A stretch of DNA of 32,000 bases from Candidatus Saccharimonadota bacterium (GCA_049511795.1 JBEKXS010000001.1:270001-302000), one strand, 5' to 3'. Positions 1-9,519 are shown, numbered from the stretch's first letter. Notes: generated by a model not told the origin, from the letters alone. Numbers and translations: made by a program.

Positions 1-732
1 GGAATTTTCCTTTTGATAGTATGGGCACAATCATTGAAAGTTGAAGTCCCTCTTTCATTCGGGAGAATAAGAGGATATGCAATGAAATGGCCATTGTCAT
101 TCTTCTACTCATCTGTTATACCTGTTATTTTCACAGCTGCATTGATTGCAAACTTCCAATTGTTTGCAGGAATAATACAAAATGCCGCTGCATCGTGCGC
201 TTCAGGGGCAGCGTGCGGTAGCATTGCAAAATTTGCCTCATATTTCACATTCCTCGGGCAGTTTTCTCAGGGTCAGCCTATTTCTGGCCTTGCATTCTGG
301 CTTGGCTCAACAAATCTTCTTGATTTGATAATCAGAGGAGGATTCTTGCCAATATTTTTGTTCCAAGGGATAACACACATAATATTTTTCATGTTTTTCT
401 CGACGCTGTTTGCAGTATTCTGGGTAAAAACTTCAAACATGGATGCAAAAAGTCAGGCACACAATATTACTTCTTCTGGATTGCAGGTTGCTGGATTCAG
501 GCAGGATGAAAGAATAATTGAAAGCATTCTTGACAGATATATCATGCCACTAACAATAATGGGTGGATTAGCAATAGGACTTTTAGCAGCTCTTACAGAT
601 TTGCTTGGAGCTCTTGTTTCAGGAACGGCAATTCTTCTTGTAATTATGATATTATTCCAGTTCTATCAAAACATTGCCCAGCAGCATCAAATGGATATGT
701 CTCCAATGATGAGAAAATTCGTGAAGGTTTAA
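1..732 (+). CDS. secY: Preprotein translocase subunit SecY (Sec61-alpha), C-terminal part; the 5' end lies upstream of the window
   Basis: Frame 1 is open from base 1 (GIFLLIVWAQ...), so the listed TTG at 13 is not a real start. The product is a multi-TM protein ending ...IMPLTIMGGLAIGLLAALTDLLGALVSGTAILLVIMILFQFYQNIAQQ, typical of the last TMs of archaeal SecY. A DUF106 gene follows, as in archaeal secY clusters. Confidence 0.85.
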   Translation, partial: GIFLLIVWAQSLKVEVPLSFGRIRGYAMKWPLSFFYSSVIPVIFTAALIANFQLFAGIIQNAAASCASGAACGSIAKFASYFTFLGQFSQGQPISGLAFWLGSTNLLDLIIRGGFLPIFLFQGITHIIFFMFFSTLFAVFWVKTSNMDAKSQAHNITSSGLQVAGFRQDERIIESILDRYIMPLTIMGGLAIGLLAALTDLLGALVSGTAILLVIMILFQFYQNIAQQHQMDMSPMMRKFVKV

Positions 733-735
733 AAA
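728..735 (+). promoter_or_regulatory. TATA box (TTTAAAAA) for the DUF106 gene; centre is 25.5 nt upstream of the ATG (leaderless geometry)
   Basis: AAGGTTTAAAAAC overlaps the secY stop codon. The ATG is at 757. Confidence 0.5.
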
Positions 736-756
736 CAACAACTACTTTTTTGAAAA

Positions 757-1299
757 ATGGATTCAGAAGGAAAAGAAGGAAGTTTTCGTGGTGTGTTTAT
801 AGCAGTCCTTATCTCTATACTTATAGCTTCATTTTACAACAGTGTTCCTTTGATTAAAAATTCTGTTGAAGCTGTTTTAAATCCAACAGCAGGCGCGCTT
901 CTTATCTGGAATTTGACTCTTGGAATGACTGTTATAATTCTAATTCTTTCTTTATTTACAACAATTGTACAAAAGTATACAACTGATCAGGAAACTATGC
1001 GACAAATGAGAAAAGATCAGAAAGAAATGCAAGAGCAATTGAAAAAATTGGAAGTTGGCTCAAAAGAGCACACTGAATTAAGCATGAAATCAATGAAAAT
1101 AATGGGGCCAATGTTCAAGCTAAGCTTAAGGCCCATAATATATACAGCAATTCCACTTATCCTTTTATTCAGGTGGTTCGCAGACTACTTTACAATTGTT
1201 CATTTCAGTTTCTTGGGATTTCTTAACTGGTTTTGGTTTTATTTTATAGGAACAATAGTCTTTACATCAATATTGAGAAAAATGATGAATGTTGTTTAA
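757..1299 (+). CDS. DUF106 / EMC3-TMCO1-type membrane protein (archaeal YidC/Oxa1-like insertase candidate, Mj0480 type)
   Basis: 180 aa with the architecture TM1, charged coiled-coil hairpin (TDQETMRQMRKDQKEMQEQLKKLEVGSKEH), TM2, TM3. It lies immediately downstream of secY. A TATA-like box is centred 25.5 nt upstream of the ATG. Confidence 0.7.
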   Translation: MDSEGKEGSFRGVFIAVLISILIASFYNSVPLIKNSVEAVLNPTAGALLIWNLTLGMTVIILILSLFTTIVQKYTTDQETMRQMRKDQKEMQEQLKKLEVGSKEHTELSMKSMKIMGPMFKLSLRPIIYTAIPLILLFRWFADYFTIVHFSFLGFLNWFWFYFIGTIVFTSILRKMMNVV

Positions 1300-1342
1300 G
1301 AAAACTTAAAAATCATTATTCTGTACTAAAAATAGGTTAAAA

Positions 1343-1741
1343 ATGGAAAAAGAAAAGCAGCAGGAGTTTGTTTTCAAATTAAGCATGTTTGAACAGCAGA
1401 TGAACCAATTGCAGGAACAAATGGAAGCTGTGGAAAAGGGGATAAACGATCTTAGCTCACTTAATTTTAGCCTTGATGACATTAAAAATGGTGTTGGTAA
1501 GGAAGTTTTAAGTCCTTTAGGAAAAGGAATCTTTGTAAAAGCAAATCTTGTTTCTGATGACTTAACAGTAGATATTGGGCAGGGAAATTTTGTTAAAAAA
1601 ACTATACCAGAAATAAAAGAGATAATAAAAGAACAGACAAAAAAACTAATTTCTGTAAAAAAAGAACTTGATGAAAATCTTGAGAGAATAAACAGAGAGA
1701 TGACAAAAACTTTGGAAGAATTCAGAAAAGCATCAGAGTGA
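1343..1741 (+). CDS. pfdA: Prefoldin alpha subunit
   Basis: 132 aa with an N- and a C-terminal coiled coil flanking two beta-hairpin segments (VLSPLGKGIFVKANL ... LTVDIGQGNFVKKTIPE). This matches the alpha-class prefoldin pattern (LVPLG.G.F.KA ... V.VG.G..VE). Confidence 0.8.
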   Translation: MEKEKQQEFVFKLSMFEQQMNQLQEQMEAVEKGINDLSSLNFSLDDIKNGVGKEVLSPLGKGIFVKANLVSDDLTVDIGQGNFVKKTIPEIKEIIKEQTKKLISVKKELDENLERINREMTKTLEEFRKASE

Positions 1742-2545
1742 AACTTTTTTTAAGAAATTAATGTAGCTCATTATTCCAAACTCACTTATAATTCCGCTTA
1801 TATACTTTTTATGAACAAACTCAAATGCGGGATTTTTTATCTTGATATTTCTTGGGGCTTTATTCCACACTTCATTTAATGGTCTCTGCTCTATTGGGAC
1901 TTTATTATTTGTGAATTTCCATGAATCTGAAACAATGTAAAAAGGTATTTTTTCTTCTTTTGCAATTCTTGCCAAAAGCTCTGAACCAACTTTGTTGATT
2001 ACGCCTGTTTTTAAGATTGCATCTGCACCGATAAGAATTTTGTCTGGTTTTTTGAACCCCTGTTCTCCTGAAAGAACAATTCCAAGAGAAGAGTCAACAA
2101 ACATCGTGACTTTTATTCCTGCATTTTTCAGATCTTTTGCAGTTTTTCTGCCCTGATACAATGGCCTTGTTTCTGTAAGATAAACTTCAAACTTCTTTCC
2201 TTTTCTGTGAGCATTTGCAAGAGCTTTAGAAACACTTGTTGAATGGCAGTGAGTGAAAATAATTTTGTCTTTTTTTATCAGGTTTAAGACAAGATTGTTT
2301 ATTTTTTCCTGACTGGCTTGAAAATGTTTTAATATTTTTCCGGGCGGGTTTTTTTCAGCTAATTGAAGAACTTTATGCATCATTGGCTCTGTAGGTCTTG
2401 AATCAAGAAGTATTTTTTTTGATTTCTCAGTTGGAATCAATGAATAAGCAGAAAGAGCTGCTTTTGCAACATTGTTTGCTCCCTGTATTTTTATACTTTT
2501 TATATCAGAAACAATTTTTTCAAACCCCTCTTTTTTTGAAGACAT
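1733..2545 (-). CDS. eIF-2B alpha/beta/delta family protein (aIF-2B-like / ribose-1,5-bisphosphate isomerase family; exact activity not assignable)
   Basis: 270 aa. It contains THCHSTSV, VYLTETRPLYQGRKTAKDL and LIGADAILKTGVINKVGSELLARIAKEEKIPFYIV, which are the hallmark blocks of the IF-2B family. Confidence 0.7.
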   Translation of the reverse strand: MSSKKEGFEKIVSDIKSIKIQGANNVAKAALSAYSLIPTEKSKKILLDSRPTEPMMHKVLQLAEKNPPGKILKHFQASQEKINNLVLNLIKKDKIIFTHCHSTSVSKALANAHRKGKKFEVYLTETRPLYQGRKTAKDLKNAGIKVTMFVDSSLGIVLSGEQGFKKPDKILIGADAILKTGVINKVGSELLARIAKEEKIPFYIVSDSWKFTNNKVPIEQRPLNEVWNKAPRNIKIKNPAFEFVHKKYISGIISEFGIMSYINFLKKVSL

Positions 2546-2566
2546 GTTTTAATAAAGCAGGGTTAA

Positions 2567-2574
2567 TATAAAAA
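2567..2574 (-). promoter_or_regulatory. TATA box (minus strand TTTTTATA) for the eIF-2B-family gene; centre is 25.5 nt upstream of the ATG
   Basis: The plus strand reads TATAAAAA at 2567-2574. The minus-strand ATG ends at 2545. Confidence 0.5.
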
Positions 2575-2595
2575 CCATTCGCTAACTCACGAACA

Positions 2596-2603
2596 TTTAA
2601 AAA
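2596..2603 (+). promoter_or_regulatory. TATA box (TTTAAAAA) for the SpoIIM-like gene; centre is 25.5 nt upstream of the ATG
   Basis: ACATTTAAAAA, with the ATG at 2625. A second copy of ACATTTAAAA sits at 2612-2621. Confidence 0.5.
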
Positions 2604-2624
2604 TTTCTTTTACATTTAAAAGTT

Positions 2625-3473
2625 ATGCTAGAAAGTATGTTCAATCCCCAGAGGATGGAAAAAGGTCCTTGGAAAATGGTTTTCATTGGGATTCTTTACG
2701 CTTCTCTTTCTTTGCTTCTTGTCAAATGGTTTTTCGCTGGAGATGCAGTGCTTGCAAATTATTCCGGAATTCTTGTTGTGACTTTTTGTGTAATGTTCAC
2801 AATACCTTTCATGTATTTCATAATTAGGCAAGATGAGCATGAAGATGAAGAAAGTTTTGGTTTCCTAAGTGTATGGAGAATCCATAAGGATGCAATTTAT
2901 GCATTTCTCTGGTTATTTTTAGGATTCATAATTGCTTTTGCTTTTTGGTATATGGTTCTTCAGGATTCTACACTCTTCAATGCACAATTGCAGACATATT
3001 GTATGATAAACAGCCCGGGAAGCGTTAGTTCCTGTGTTCAAAAATATGACTTTGCAACTACAGGAGCTGCAACACAAGGATTAAGATTTTTCTCAATAAT
3101 CGAAAATAATGTATATGTCATGATTTTCACGCTAATTTTTTCCCTTATATTTGGGGCGGGAGCTGTTTTTGTTCTTGCATGGAACGCAAGTGTAATTTCT
3201 GCAGCTGTATCTATTTTTGCTGGGCGCAGTGTTTCTGATATTCCTTTGGGAATTGCAAGATATATGATTCATGGTTTCCCTGAAATAGCTGCATATTTTA
3301 TAACAGCCCTGGCAGGCGGAATTTTTGGGGTTGGAATAATAAGGAATGGAGTAAAAAGCAAAAGATTTTTGCATGTTATAGGAAATACTGTAATTCTTCT
3401 TTTCTTATCCTTAGTAATTCTGATTTTTGCGGCAATAATAGAAGTCTATCTAACACCTGCTTTGTTTGGGTAG
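2625..3473 (+). CDS. SpoIIM-like (DUF95) integral membrane protein
   Basis: 282 aa and polytopic. The C-terminal block ARYMIHGFPEIAAYFITALAGGIFG resembles the conserved HG.EL.A motif region of the stage II sporulation protein M family. The function of this family in archaea is unknown. Confidence 0.55.
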   Translation: MLESMFNPQRMEKGPWKMVFIGILYASLSLLLVKWFFAGDAVLANYSGILVVTFCVMFTIPFMYFIIRQDEHEDEESFGFLSVWRIHKDAIYAFLWLFLGFIIAFAFWYMVLQDSTLFNAQLQTYCMINSPGSVSSCVQKYDFATTGAATQGLRFFSIIENNVYVMIFTLIFSLIFGAGAVFVLAWNASVISAAVSIFAGRSVSDIPLGIARYMIHGFPEIAAYFITALAGGIFGVGIIRNGVKSKRFLHVIGNTVILLFLSLVILIFAAIIEVYLTPALFG

Positions 3474-3490
3474 AACCATGTTCTATAAAG

Positions 3491-3498
3491 TTTAAAAA
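3491..3498 (+). promoter_or_regulatory. TATA box (TTTAAAAA) for aglH; centre is 25.5 nt upstream of the ATG
   Basis: AAGTTTAAAAAC, with the ATG at 3520. Confidence 0.5.
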
Positions 3499-3519
3499 CA
3501 AAAAACTCTTTTTTGGGCA

Positions 3520-4530
3520 ATGGAAGAGTTATTACTTTTGTTATCTCTTATAATAAGTTTTCTTTTGACTTTTTTCACGATGCCATTCTGGATAAGGAAA
3601 GCCAAAGGAGTTGGTCTTGTGTGGGAAGACATGAACAAACCAGGATATCCAAAGAATGTTGCGGGTTCTGGAGGAATTATCGTTGTTATGGCTTTTGTAA
3701 TTGGTGTTCTCTATTACATAGCAGTAAGGACTTTTATGATAAAAGATGGTAATGGAATAAGCTTGGAAATTTTTGCTTTGCTTAGTGTTGTCTTGATTTT
3801 GACTTTTGTTGGAATAATTGATGATTTATTAGGATGGAGAAACAAGGGGCTTTCAGTTAGAACAAGAATAATTCTCGCTTTTGCAGCTTCTATCCCCCTG
3901 GTTGTAATCAATGCAGGAAGTTCAATTGTAGACCTTCCGATATTCGGTGTTCTTAATTTAGGAATCCTTTATCCTCTTGTAATAATTCCAATAGGAATTG
4001 CTGGTGCAACGACAACTTATAATTTTTTAGCTGGTTTTAATGGATTAGAAGCAGGACAAGGGGTAATCATATTAAGTTTTTTATCATATGTTGCATATAT
4101 AACCGGAGTTCATTGGTTATCTTTAGTTGGATTGATAATGGTTGCTGCTCTTATTGCATTCTTATATTACAATTGGAATCCTGCAAAAGTATTTCCGGGG
4201 GATTCTTTGACTTGGACAATTGGGGCACTTATAGCAGGTATGGCAATTTTAGGCAATTTTGAAAAAATAGCTATTTTTGTTTTCATACCTTATATTTTAG
4301 AAACAATCTTGAAGTTAAGGGGGAATTTAAAAAAACATTCTTTCGCCAAGCCGAACAAAGATGGGAGCCTTGAAATGCCGTTCAAAAAAATTTATGGTTT
4401 AGAACACTTGTCTGTTTATTTACTGAAGAAAATAAAGCCAAGTGGCAAGGTTTATGAGAATGATGTTGTATACTCAATATATGGATTCCAGATATTTGTA
4501 ATAATTCTTGCAATTATTTTATTCTTATAG
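3520..4530 (+). CDS. aglH: UDP-GlcNAc:dolichyl-phosphate GlcNAc-1-phosphate transferase (GPT / AglH / ALG7 family, polyprenyl-phosphate sugar-phosphate transferase)
   Basis: 336 aa and polytopic. It has the IIDDLLGW aspartate pair and TTYNFLAGFNGLEAGQGV, very close to the eukaryotic/archaeal GPT signature N.L.AG.NGLEAGQ. It lies directly upstream of aglB. Confidence 0.8.
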   Translation: MEELLLLLSLIISFLLTFFTMPFWIRKAKGVGLVWEDMNKPGYPKNVAGSGGIIVVMAFVIGVLYYIAVRTFMIKDGNGISLEIFALLSVVLILTFVGIIDDLLGWRNKGLSVRTRIILAFAASIPLVVINAGSSIVDLPIFGVLNLGILYPLVIIPIGIAGATTTYNFLAGFNGLEAGQGVIILSFLSYVAYITGVHWLSLVGLIMVAALIAFLYYNWNPAKVFPGDSLTWTIGALIAGMAILGNFEKIAIFVFIPYILETILKLRGNLKKHSFAKPNKDGSLEMPFKKIYGLEHLSVYLLKKIKPSGKVYENDVVYSIYGFQIFVIILAIILFL

Positions 4531-4580
4531 CTTTTTATATTAATAAAGATTTTAAAGCCTTTTTTCCTTGAATTTTGATA

Positions 4581-7346
4581 ATGGAAATAGAAGGAACAGA
4601 CAGCCAAAAAGAGAGCAATTCAATTGAGATAAATACCAAGGGGGTAGAAAGGGGCTGGGAAAAAACAACAAGTTTTCTTAAAAAAAAGAACGTCCAGATT
4701 ATTATAACTCTTGTCTTATTTGCATTAATCCTTTTTAGCTCTGTTTCAATCCGCCTTTCTGGATTGCCAAATTTGGTAGATGTAACAACAGGACATTATG
4801 TTCTTGCAGACCCAGATGCTTTCTATGAATTAAGAGTCGCTCAAACAATTGTCAATACTGGCAACATAAACGGTATAGATTCGATGAGAAACCCTGGATT
4901 GAACCTTACATACACTCAGGAAATGCTACCAATGGCTCTTGCAAATGCATATAAGATATTACATTCTGTAAATTCTTCAATAACTTTAGATTACATAGAT
5001 GTTCTTTATCCGGTTGTTGCTTTTGCGCTGAGTTTAATTATATTTTTTATATTATGCTGGTATTTTACTAAATCAAAGGCATTGAGCATTCTTGCTTCAC
5101 TTATGCTTGCATATTCAACTACATATCTTGAAAGAACAGGCGTTGGTATTTCGAGCCATGAAGCACTGGGAATGATTTTCTTTTTCTTATCCCTTTTAAT
5201 TTATTTTATTTCAGTGAATAGTTACAAGAAGAACTGGAAAAACACAATAATTTGGGGGGTTGCTACGGGTGTTTCCTTGGCGCTATCTTTATTTTCATGG
5301 AGTGGCGGATCAAATTTTTTAGTAATGATTTTTCCTATTTTTGCAGTTACTTATTACTTATTTGGAATAAGAGATGAAGATAAAACTGTTAAAAAAAGAT
5401 TTATTGGTTTTAATTTTATATGGGTTTTTTCAGCTATCCTTATGATGCCTATTATTAGTTATCCAATAAGCACCATGACCTCCAGGCTTCTAAGCAATTA
5501 TGGTGTAGCTGTTCCTTTTGCTATTGCTTTCATGGCAATTGACTATTTTCTAGAAAATTATTCTCATAAAATAAAGGCAGGACAAAGTCATTACAGAATT
5601 TTGTACTCATTATGTGGGACAATTCTTCTTGGAATTATTGGATTAATTGGCCTAGGAAAAAATCCATTAAATGTTATATCTGATATATACACTCAATTAA
5701 TATATCCTTTTGGGCATGAAAGGGTATCATTAACTGTAGCTTATTTCGCCCAGCCTTATTTGAATGATATAATTAGCCAAATTGGAAGTTCTCTTTTCTG
5801 GGTATTCTTTTTAGGACTTATCCTCATAGGGGTAGAATTTGGAAAGAATATAAGTAAGGGTAAATATAAAACTTATTTCTATATTATATGGATTTTAGCT
5901 ATTTCTGGTATGTTATTCACAAGAATCTCAAGCTCAAGTTTTTTCAATGGCACTAATTTTATAAGTGTTTCATTGTATATTTTATCTTTCCTTATTCTTG
6001 GGAGCTATCTTATAATATTATACCTAAAGGAAAAATTTACTATTGATAACAAAACAATATTTCTATTTTCATGGATGATTGTAATGCTAATGTCTGCTAG
6101 ATCTGCTGTAAGAGTACTGTTCATTATAATGACATTCATCTTTATTATAGCTGCATATTTTACAATAAAAATTTATGAATACGGAAAAAAGGCAAAAGAT
6201 AATTCTTGGAAGTATTTATTCATTGGACTAGCATTCATAGCATTATTAATAACTCTTTTTTTTGTATTTGGAAATCCTTTGACAGGAACACCTGGATCAT
6301 ATCAAAATGCAGTATCTTCTGAAAAATATTCTGGTCCTATAACAAATCAACAGTGGCAATATGCTATGAGTTGGGTAAGGAATAGCACATCACCTGACTC
6401 TGTTTTTGTTAGTTGGTGGGATTATGGATACTTAATACAGACATTAGGAAATAGAACTACTGTAGTTGATGGGGGTAATGCAAATGTTTATTGGGATCAT
6501 ATGGTTGGGAGATATTTACTGACAGAACCAAATGCCAATGCGTCTTTAAGTTTTATGAAAACCCATAATGTTTCATACCTTTTAATTGATCCTACAGATA
6601 TAGGGAAATATTCAGCATTTTCAACTATAGGGAGTGATGTTTCTGGCCAGGATAGGGCATCATATATCCCTTCAATGGCTTTAAATCCATCACAAACTCA
6701 GGAGACAAATGATTCAGAAATTCTATTTTATCAGGGAGGGTTAAGCCTTGATCAGGATATAGTTTACAATCAATCAGACGGCAGTGTCGTTTTTTTACCA
6801 AAACAAACCACTGTTCTTGCAGGAATAATAGTTCAAGCAAAGAACAATGGAAATTCTTTATCTTTAAGCCAGGCACAGGCTGTATTTATTAATACTCAGA
6901 GTCAAAAACAGATATCAATTCCTTTAAGATATGCTTATTTCAACAATAAATTAGCTGATTTTGGTGGTGGTTTAGATGCTGGAATTGATATTATTTCATC
7001 TGTTGCACAAACAAGCACAGGAAGTATTCAATTTAATAGTATGGGGGCATTAATGTATCTGTCTCCAAAAGTTTTCAACAGCTTGTTTGCACAATTATAC
7101 ATGATGAATGATCCCTTTAATAAATACTCAACCATAAAAGTAGCAAATTTACAAGAAGATCCATTAGTTAGTAGTTTAAAGGCGCAAGGAGCTTCAATTG
7201 GTGATTTTATTTATGCTGGCGGCGGAGTAAGAGCGCCATTGGAAATATGGCAAGTTAGCTATCCAAGTTATATCATTTCAAGGCCTGAATTTATGAGCAC
7301 TTCAGGACAATTTGCCGCATTTGACAATTTGACCTTTGTAAGTTAG
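4581..7346 (+). CDS. aglB: Oligosaccharyltransferase AglB (STT3 family)
   Basis: The catalytic WWDYGY motif is encoded at 6414-6431. An N-terminal loop DPD (DxD-type) is at 4809-4817, and a DK-type motif lies in IDPTDIGKYSAFSTIG. The protein has about 13 TMs plus a large C-terminal soluble domain. I prefer the ATG at 4581 to the TTG at 4575, because a TATA-like box at 4551-4558 puts the expected transcription start at about 4581. Confidence 0.9.
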   Translation: MEIEGTDSQKESNSIEINTKGVERGWEKTTSFLKKKNVQIIITLVLFALILFSSVSIRLSGLPNLVDVTTGHYVLADPDAFYELRVAQTIVNTGNINGIDSMRNPGLNLTYTQEMLPMALANAYKILHSVNSSITLDYIDVLYPVVAFALSLIIFFILCWYFTKSKALSILASLMLAYSTTYLERTGVGISSHEALGMIFFFLSLLIYFISVNSYKKNWKNTIIWGVATGVSLALSLFSWSGGSNFLVMIFPIFAVTYYLFGIRDEDKTVKKRFIGFNFIWVFSAILMMPIISYPISTMTSRLLSNYGVAVPFAIAFMAIDYFLENYSHKIKAGQSHYRILYSLCGTILLGIIGLIGLGKNPLNVISDIYTQLIYPFGHERVSLTVAYFAQPYLNDIISQIGSSLFWVFFLGLILIGVEFGKNISKGKYKTYFYIIWILAISGMLFTRISSSSFFNGTNFISVSLYILSFLILGSYLIILYLKEKFTIDNKTIFLFSWMIVMLMSARSAVRVLFIIMTFIFIIAAYFTIKIYEYGKKAKDNSWKYLFIGLAFIALLITLFFVFGNPLTGTPGSYQNAVSSEKYSGPITNQQWQYAMSWVRNSTSPDSVFVSWWDYGYLIQTLGNRTTVVDGGNANVYWDHMVGRYLLTEPNANASLSFMKTHNVSYLLIDPTDIGKYSAFSTIGSDVSGQDRASYIPSMALNPSQTQETNDSEILFYQGGLSLDQDIVYNQSDGSVVFLPKQTTVLAGIIVQAKNNGNSLSLSQAQAVFINTQSQKQISIPLRYAYFNNKLADFGGGLDAGIDIISSVAQTSTGSIQFNSMGALMYLSPKVFNSLFAQLYMMNDPFNKYSTIKVANLQEDPLVSSLKAQGASIGDFIYAGGGVRAPLEIWQVSYPSYIISRPEFMSTSGQFAAFDNLTFVS

Positions 7347-7395
7347 TTCCATAAAAGTTATAAACCAAAACACTGCTTCTAAATTTGGATTTAAA

Positions 7396-8526
7396 ATGAA
7401 AGGTAAGTTGGAAAACCAAAAATTTATTGATAAAAATGTTGGAAATTTGATAAATTTATTTATTATTGCAAAAAAATCAATAAGGAAAAAACCGAATTTT
7501 AATATAAAAATCAATAAGGTAATTGTGCTAAAGCTAGACTCAATAGGGGATGCAATACTCTCTTTGCCAATGATTAAACGGATAAAAGATGAAACGGGAG
7601 CCAAGATTATTGTAGGGTGTGCAAAAGAAAATCATTTTGTGTTCAAAAATCAGCCCTTCATTGACAATATAACAGTCTTCAATACAAAAAGCCTGAAGAG
7701 TATAATTTCAAACATACGCAAATTAAAAAAAGAGCATGCGGATGTTTGCATAGATACTGGACAATCATCAAATATTTCTGCTATAATTGCAAATTATGTC
7801 GGAAAAACATCGGTAGGATTTAAAAAAACTAAAAAAAGTCTCAGGGACAGGATTTATAGTAGCTCATTAACAATAAACCCATTAATACACATGTCTGAAA
7901 ACTATATTTCACTCTTAAAGGTTATTGGTTTAAAAGATGTAAAAAACTCAAGGCTTATCAGAATTAGGCTAGAAAGAAATATTTTAAATGAGGCATCTAA
8001 AAAATTCAAATTCTTGAAAGGAAAACAAAAAATAGTCGGCCTACATTTATGGGATGTTCTACCTTATAAAAAAATAAGAGAAGAAGAGAAAATAAAAATA
8101 ATTGATTACCTGGTTAACAAAAAAAAGTTGGTCGTAATAACCGGGAGTGATAAAGAAAGTGTTTTTGTTAAAAATACTATCAGGAAAATAAAGGATAAAT
8201 CTAAGATAATTGACTTATCTGGTAAAATTAACACAGAAGAATTAGTGTATGTAATTTCCAAACTTAATTTATTTATTGCATTAGATGGGGGGCCAATGCA
8301 TATTGCTGCTTCAATGAACACCCCTGTTATAAGTATTTTTGGCCATGATTTGCCTTCCAAATACAAACCATTGACAAGAAAATCTGCTATAATATACAAG
8401 AATACACATCATGAAGAGTATACCAAAGCAACAGGAAAAAGGCATCCTGAATCTTTTAACAGCAATTGCTTGGATACTATTTATGCAGAAGATATATTAA
8501 AATCTATGAATGGGTTAAAATTATAA
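7396..8526 (+). CDS. Glycosyltransferase family 9 (heptosyltransferase-like fold)
   Basis: The N-terminal VIVLKLDSIGDAILSLPMIKRIK and C-terminal LDGGPMHIAASMNTPVISIFG match the two hallmark GT9 blocks (I.R.SS.GD..L..P and NDSGPMHLAAA.G.P.V.LFG). Confidence 0.7.
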   Translation: MKGKLENQKFIDKNVGNLINLFIIAKKSIRKKPNFNIKINKVIVLKLDSIGDAILSLPMIKRIKDETGAKIIVGCAKENHFVFKNQPFIDNITVFNTKSLKSIISNIRKLKKEHADVCIDTGQSSNISAIIANYVGKTSVGFKKTKKSLRDRIYSSSLTINPLIHMSENYISLLKVIGLKDVKNSRLIRIRLERNILNEASKKFKFLKGKQKIVGLHLWDVLPYKKIREEEKIKIIDYLVNKKKLVVITGSDKESVFVKNTIRKIKDKSKIIDLSGKINTEELVYVISKLNLFIALDGGPMHIAASMNTPVISIFGHDLPSKYKPLTRKSAIIYKNTHHEEYTKATGKRHPESFNSNCLDTIYAEDILKSMNGLKL

Positions 8527-8580
8527 TTTAAAAAATAAACAAACAAATCTTTAAAAGTATAAGAACAGGTATAATTAAAT

Positions 8581-9519
8581 ATGGATTTTAAAGGGAAAAA
8601 AGTTTTGGTCACGGGAGTAACTGGATTTATAGGATCAAATCTGTCAAGAGAACTATTAAAAAGAGGGGCAGAAGTTTATTCTATACACAACTTTTCTTAT
8701 GTAAATTATGAAATGGCTAAAAAAAAGCTGGATTTTTTAGATAAAGTGACTATTATACAAGGCGATGTATCTCAGAAGGATTCATGGGACAAGCTTCCAA
8801 AAGATATTGAATATATTTTTCATTTTGCAGCTCCTTCATCTATTGTCCTCTTCAAGAAATTCCCTGAAAAATGTTATAATGAAACTGTGTGGGGATTGTA
8901 CCGTGCTTTTGAATTTGCAAAAGCAAACGGCATTAAGAAAGTTGTTTACCCCTCTTCAGGAAATGTATATTCTGGAAATGATATGCCGCATATAGAAACA
9001 ATTTATCCTAAACCAAAGAATCTTTATGCTGCTGCAAAAGTTGCTTGCGAGGCAATTGCAAGTTCTTACGCTGATTTTGTTAAATCATTAGGTTTAAGGA
9101 TATCTGCAGGTTATGGACCTGGTGAAGAGTGGAAAGGAGATTTTGGAAGCGCTCCATTTTTGTTTATTAGAGATTTAATGAATGAAAAATCTCCAGAAGT
9201 TTGGGGGGATGGTAGTCAGACTCGTGATTTCATATACATTGATGATGTTGTATCAATGATAATTAAATCTGCAGAAATAGATTACACTGGCATAGTAAAT
9301 GTAGGCTCTGGAGGAGAAGTCTCTTTTAGAGATTTAATTGAAAAAATTAAAGGGATTCTAAACTCCAAAGTTGAGCCTGTATTTGTTCCAAAAGAAATCA
9401 ATTATGTAGAGCGCATAAAGGCTGATGTAACATTAAACAAGAAGTTATTTGGAATAAATCCAATTTCCCTTGATGAAGGGTTAAAGAAATTTATAAATTA
9501 TCTTAAGGCTTCTTCATAA
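8581..9519 (+). CDS. NAD-dependent nucleotide-sugar epimerase/dehydratase (extended SDR)
   Basis: It has the VLVTGVTGFIGSNL Rossmann motif, a catalytic serine region (YPSSGNVYS) and YAAAK (YxxxK). Substrate and reaction (4-epimerase, decarboxylase or 4-reductase) cannot be told from the sequence alone. Confidence 0.8.
   Translation: MDFKGKKVLVTGVTGFIGSNLSRELLKRGAEVYSIHNFSYVNYEMAKKKLDFLDKVTIIQGDVSQKDSWDKLPKDIEYIFHFAAPSSIVLFKKFPEKCYNETVWGLYRAFEFAKANGIKKVVYPSSGNVYSGNDMPHIETIYPKPKNLYAAAKVACEAIASSYADFVKSLGLRISAGYGPGEEWKGDFGSAPFLFIRDLMNEKSPEVWGDGSQTRDFIYIDDVVSMIIKSAEIDYTGIVNVGSGGEVSFRDLIEKIKGILNSKVEPVFVPKEINYVERIKADVTLNKKLFGINPISLDEGLKKFINYLKASS

Noticed and set aside
4575-4580. TTG start codons proposed by the ORF track for aglB (4575), and likewise for the GT4 gene at 12563.
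   Set aside because: In-frame ATGs lie 2-3 codons downstream. The one at 4581 fits the promoter spacing. The one at 12572 forms an ATGA overlap with the upstream stop and is preceded by GAGGT. The TTG starts remain possible but are less parsimonious.
4680-4688. Homopolymeric A/T tracts inside glycosylation genes could be slipped-strand phase-variation switches. Examples are the A9 in aglB at 4680-4688, the T8 at about 12966-12973 in the GT4 gene, and A8 runs elsewhere.
   Set aside because: Runs of 8-9 A or T are expected frequently at about 30% GC and mostly encode Lys or Phe runs. They also occur in housekeeping genes such as rpl21e. No frameshifted gene is seen. Nothing here supports phase variation without population data.
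8581-9519. The SDR epimerase/dehydratase could be the missing GDP-fucose synthase (GMER/Fcl), which would complete a plain GDP-fucose pathway for the GT10 enzyme.
   Set aside because: Its N-terminus and overall pattern (VLVTGVTGFIGSNL ... NFSY ... YAAAK, with an insertion pattern like UDP-sugar epimerases and decarboxylases) do not resemble Fcl as I recall it (RVFIAGHRGMVGSAI ... short loops). It is also 8 kb away in a different operon. I cannot exclude a 4-reductase role without a profile search, so this remains the main caveat to the branched-sugar hypothesis.
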